DNA from: a virus | Lineage: Duplodnaviria > Caudoviricetes | Length of the DNA: 52,239 nucleotides | Strand: one strand, 5' to 3' | IMG/VR virus record: IMGVR_UViG_3300020045_012262 | Location: 1-52,239 of that record | Shown: positions 49,056 to 52,239 of the stretch, piece after piece | How the letters are laid out: each line of letters begins with the position of its first letter | Position numbering within the stretch: position 1 is the first letter of the stretch | Translations under genes and position numbers: made by a program | Notes under the pieces: model-generated | The model's input: the letters and a program-made list of their open reading frames with translations, nothing else | What the model was told of the DNA's origin: nothing | Databases searched by the model: none

Positions 49056-49529
49056 ATGAAAGTACTATCCATAAAACAACCGTGGGCGAGTTTAATAGCT
49101 AATGGTATCAAAGATATTGAAAACAGAACATGGAGAACTTATTTCAGAGGAAGAATTTATATTCATGTTTCTGGTGCTAAAAAATTCAATGTTCAATTAA
49201 CAGACGATCAAACAAAATTAGCAATTCCAGTATTAGAAACTGCTTTTAATGGTACTATGCCTTTTGGAGCAATCATTGGAGAAGTCGACATCATTGATTG
49301 TGTAATTAATCACGATTCTGTTTGGGCTGAAAAAACACCAACAATTTATAAAAAACCATATCCAAAAGATAAAAATCTAAGGGGATATAATGAAGCATTG
49401 AAAATGTATGAAGATAATAAACCAATTTATAATTGGGTTTTAGAAAATGCAATTATTTATCCAGAACCAATCCTAAACGTAAAAGGAAAACTTTCTTTTT
49501 GGGAATATGATATTAACCTAACAAAATAA
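49056..49529 (+). CDS. ASCH domain protein
   Basis: LSIKQPWASLI..GIKDIENR.W.T..RG.I.IH and KGKLSFW. Confidence 0.92.
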   Translation: MKVLSIKQPWASLIANGIKDIENRTWRTYFRGRIYIHVSGAKKFNVQLTDDQTKLAIPVLETAFNGTMPFGAIIGEVDIIDCVINHDSVWAEKTPTIYKKPYPKDKNLRGYNEALKMYEDNKPIYNWVLENAIIYPEPILNVKGKLSFWEYDINLTK

Positions 49530-49726
49530 GACATGAAAAAGAAACACTTAATTATTCCAACAGAAAAGCTAAAAAGCAATACAGCATTTTTGAGAACCAA
49601 CGATAACACAGAAGCAAAAAAAATTGTTGAGCAATGCAAGGATTTGCCACATCTACAAAAACCTATAAAATACATGCTTAAATAGGTTATTTAAATTAAT
49701 TATAAATTAGCAATCAATGTAATTAA

Positions 49727-49749
49727 TAAACGTATGTTTCATACATTTG
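49727..49749 (+). promoter_or_regulatory. Promoter TAAACGTATGTTTCA-TACATTTG
   Basis: Shared motif plus TAnnTTTG box. Confidence 0.65.
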
Positions 49750-49773
49750 ATAAAATTAAAAAAGTAAATAATT

Positions 49774-49971
49774 ATGGAAAAAATAAATTTGACATTACCC
49801 AAAGATGATGTAATATTAATTATAAAGTCTTTGAAAATAGCACAGGCTAAAAAAAGACTAGAAGCAAAACAACATTTTAGAAAAAATCAAAAAGAATACG
49901 CAGAAAAGAAAATCACTTTTATCCATAAATCAACACAACTTACTAGTTACATCGAATACTTAACAAAATAA
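49774..49971 (+). CDS. Hypothetical protein
   Basis: ORF only. Confidence 0.55.
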   Translation: MEKINLTLPKDDVILIIKSLKIAQAKKRLEAKQHFRKNQKEYAEKKITFIHKSTQLTSYIEYLTK

Positions 49972-49984
49972 AAATTAAAACTAA

Positions 49985-50530
49985 ATGGATTATAACCAAT
50001 TTTTAGAATCAAAACGAAAAACATTTATTGAAAGCGGATTTGAAATAGATGAATCAGAATTAAATCCAATGATGAAAGATTTTCAATTATTTGGAGTAAA
50101 AACAGCATTGTTTAAAGGACGTTTTGCATTTTTCTTTGATTGTGGACTAGGTAAAACTTTTTCTCAATTAGATTGGGCGAAACAAGTAAGTTTAAAAACT
50201 AAAAAACCAGTTATTATTTTAGCCCCATTGGCAATTGTAGAACAAACAATATCAGAGGGTTTAAAATTTGGATATGGACGCGATGGGAATGATGAAAAAC
50301 ATATTTGCCCGCTTCAGTTAGATACTATTGAAAGAATTTTGCATTTATATTCTAATGAGGGAGAAACAGTTTTTAGTCCTTTTGGTGGCATTGGATCAGA
50401 AGGTTGTTGTGCAATTAAGATGGATCGTAAATCAATTTCAATTGAACTGAAAGAAAGTTATTTTAAAATCAACGAAAGTAATCACAAAGCATTTGTTGAA
50501 GAAAAAAATTCAACTCTAACACTTTTCTAA
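49985..50530 (+). pseudogene. Internally deleted helicase / N4-N6 DNA methyltransferase fusion
   Basis: N-half carries SF2 motifs I and Ia (DCGLGKT, ILAPL). C-half carries MTase SAM-binding end motifs (KHICPLQLD.IER, FSPFGGIGSEG). The middles of both are absent. Confidence 0.75.
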
Positions 50531-51252
50531 TGATAAAAGAAAAACCTTGTAAAGGATTAGATGCCGCATTTGGATTTCCAGGATGCGGCAAAATGGTAAA
50601 AGTAGAAAATAGAAAGTTTGGACTTGGAAAAATGTGTTGCTTTAATTTATGGCTTATGGACACCGAGGCCGGCCAATTATATTTAAACAAAGCAATGAGA
50701 ATTTCAAAAAAGGCTCATGAAAAAGAAAATCCAGCTATAAAGCCATTTGATAAAAAACAGCATAAAAAAGATAAGGAGGCTTTAAAAGATTGGTCCAAAG
50801 AACTTCAGGTAAAAGTTAATTTTATTGTTAGACTGATTGATAAAGGATTGAATTGTTTGGCCCGTGATTATCCTGCAAAAAAAATTGATGCAGGTCATGT
50901 GTTTGCCCGTGGAGGGAATCAAACAATTCGTTTCAATCTTCATAATATTCACCGACAAAGCGCACAATCAAATCACTTCCAAAATGATGATGGATTACTT
51001 CGTGAAGGACTTGTAAAAGAATATGGTCAGTATTATATGGATTTTATATCAGAATTAAGGCGTACACCGCAATTACACATCACAAATACAGAATACCATC
51101 AAATTTATAAATTAGCGTCTAAAATCGCACTCAGATTAAAAAAAGCCGATAATGAATATAGTTTAGAAGATCGTATTCGTTTAAGAAATTCCATTAACAA
51201 GGAACTTGGTATTTATGAAAATGTATTTTGTCAATTTGGACCAGTTAATTAA
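50530..51252 (+). CDS. NinG/Rap-like HNH nuclease
   Basis: VRL.D....C, DAGH...RG....RF...NIH.Q motifs. Confidence 0.8.
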   Translation: MIKEKPCKGLDAAFGFPGCGKMVKVENRKFGLGKMCCFNLWLMDTEAGQLYLNKAMRISKKAHEKENPAIKPFDKKQHKKDKEALKDWSKELQVKVNFIVRLIDKGLNCLARDYPAKKIDAGHVFARGGNQTIRFNLHNIHRQSAQSNHFQNDDGLLREGLVKEYGQYYMDFISELRRTPQLHITNTEYHQIYKLASKIALRLKKADNEYSLEDRIRLRNSINKELGIYENVFCQFGPVN

Positions 51253-51293
51253 CTATTTAGAATTACTATAAATTAAAAGCACTTTGTAAAACA

Positions 51294-51316
51294 TAAACGT
51301 ATGTTTTGTACATTTG
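51294..51316 (+). promoter_or_regulatory. Promoter directly upstream of the cassette array (Pc-like)
   Basis: TAAACGTATGTTTTG-TACATTTG (box 51309-51316), with TTTG about 26 nt upstream. Confidence 0.7.
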
Positions 51317-51364
51317 AATATTAAAAATCAATAATCACAATGCCGAAAATCGCTCATATCACTT

Positions 51365-51642
51365 GTTATCAGGAGTACGGCAATTAAAAACTAAATATGT
51401 TATGAAAATTAAAGAAGGAATGCCACAACCAATAGATTGCCCAAAATGTAAATGTAAAAGAGGATACAGAATTACACAACTTGAACAATTGCATAGTGAT
51501 AATTTATTTGATGAAAATGGAAATTACACAGGCGAATCAAATTCAGAGCATAGAAAAGTAATTAGAAGATTAAAAACAATTAGTTGTGCTGATTGTTGGA
51601 CTAAATTGTCTTTTGAAATTGAATCGTAGTATTCCTGATAAC
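51365..51642 (+). mobile_element. Putative gene cassette A (first in the array; only the right arm of its site is present)
   Basis: Flanked by gttatcaggagtac (51365-51378) and gtattcctgataac (51629-51642). Confidence 0.7.
51402..51629 (+). CDS. Small zinc-ribbon protein (cassette cargo)
   Basis: CPKC...CADC; ATG 51402 preferred over the TTG at 51363. Confidence 0.7.
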   Translation: MKIKEGMPQPIDCPKCKCKRGYRITQLEQLHSDNLFDENGNYTGESNSEHRKVIRRLKTISCADCWTKLSFEIES

Positions 51643-51772
51643 GTATCGTGGCTTTGTCTTGTTGCCGAAAATACAAGACCAATTTTAAATTTATCACTAT
51701 GAAAACTGATACAAGATCAACTTCAAATTTAGCCGAATGTGGCAATAAGTCAAAACCACTGTTACAAGATGT
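51639..51772. repeat. attC-like hairpin site preceding cassette B
   Basis: TAAC(51639-51642) gtatc GTGGcTTTGtCTTgTTGCC ... GGCAAtAAGtCAAAaCCAC t GTTA(51761-51764); 118-nt body. Confidence 0.85.
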
Positions 51773-52137
51773 ATTTATTTCTACTTATGGATTTAAAAAA
51801 GATTGGTCATACAGAGGCGAAGAGTTTTACTTTATTCCGTTAACTTGGAAATTAGGAGTTTCAAATATTGAAGCTTTGAAAATTAGGATTTCAAAATGGA
51901 AACCAAAATTTGACAGAGAAAATCAGGCTATATTTTATTTTGACGTAGAAACAAAAGAAGAAGCTAAATTGGTTTTAGATAAATTCAAAGCGTTTAATTT
52001 CAAAAAATTAGAAGATAAATTTGATTCTATTTTTAATGATGAAAATGTAAGGTTAAAAAATTCAGGAGAAACTAAAGAGTGGTTATTAAACGTAATTCCC
52101 TTATTAAGAACTGAATTTTCTGAATATATCTTGTAAC
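51643..52137 (+). mobile_element. Putative gene cassette B
   Basis: Flanked by gttacaagatgtatt (51761-51775) and aatatatcttgtaac (52123-52137). Confidence 0.75.
51699..52136 (+). CDS. Hypothetical protein (cassette cargo)
   Basis: ATG 51699 lies in the hairpin loop; the stop codon is the TAA of the terminal TAAC. Confidence 0.7.
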   Translation: MKTDTRSTSNLAECGNKSKPLLQDVFISTYGFKKDWSYRGEEFYFIPLTWKLGVSNIEALKIRISKWKPKFDRENQAIFYFDVETKEEAKLVLDKFKAFNFKKLEDKFDSIFNDENVRLKNSGETKEWLLNVIPLLRTEFSEYIL

Positions 52138-52239
52138 GCTTGCCACTTGGTGCGGTTGGGGCTAAATAAGCCAAATAATTAAATTCAAAAACAATCTTTA
52201 TGATACAAAATAATAATCAAATTAAACCTGATGCCCAAT
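52134..52239 (+). repeat. Exact copy of 1637-1742 (site and 5' end of the methyltransferase cassette)
   Basis: Identity begins exactly at TAAC and runs to the window end. Confidence 0.97.

Noticed and set aside
1-52239. tRNA or rRNA genes, or alternative genetic code
   Set aside because: No cloverleaf or T-loop motif was recognised by eye, and core genes are intact under the standard code.

Overview
This AT-rich window looks like a near-complete (about 52 kb, probably circularly permuted) tailed dsDNA phage genome of siphovirus type. A Bacteroidota host, likely Flavobacteriaceae, is inferred from repeated TAnnTTTG -7 promoter boxes. Modules: packaging and head (terminase, SPP1-type portal, scaffold, capsid), tail with tape measure, a tailspike split by a G12 tract, lysis (holins, M15 endolysin), recombination/replication (SbcC-like ATPase, RecT, MBL nuclease, intein-containing SNF2 helicase, RNase H, initiator, NinG), and many small accessory ORFs. 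No integrase or tyrosine recombinase is recognisable. The standout feature spans the window ends (51340-52239 joined to 1-2520): an integron-like array of six different single-gene cassettes. Each gene is bracketed by a cassette-specific inverted repeat, GTTA-N6-GT...AT-N6'-TAAC, and the genes are separated by 77-120 nt attC-like hairpins. The C5 DNA methyltransferase cassette occurs in two contexts, with both breakpoints exactly at TAAC. This defines the mobile unit as hairpin plus downstream gene, the reverse of canonical integron cassettes. Cargo includes a Tad1/Acb2-like anti-defence protein, a DNA methyltransferase and an ASCH-like protein. Protein calls come from motif recognition and synteny only; no searches were run.
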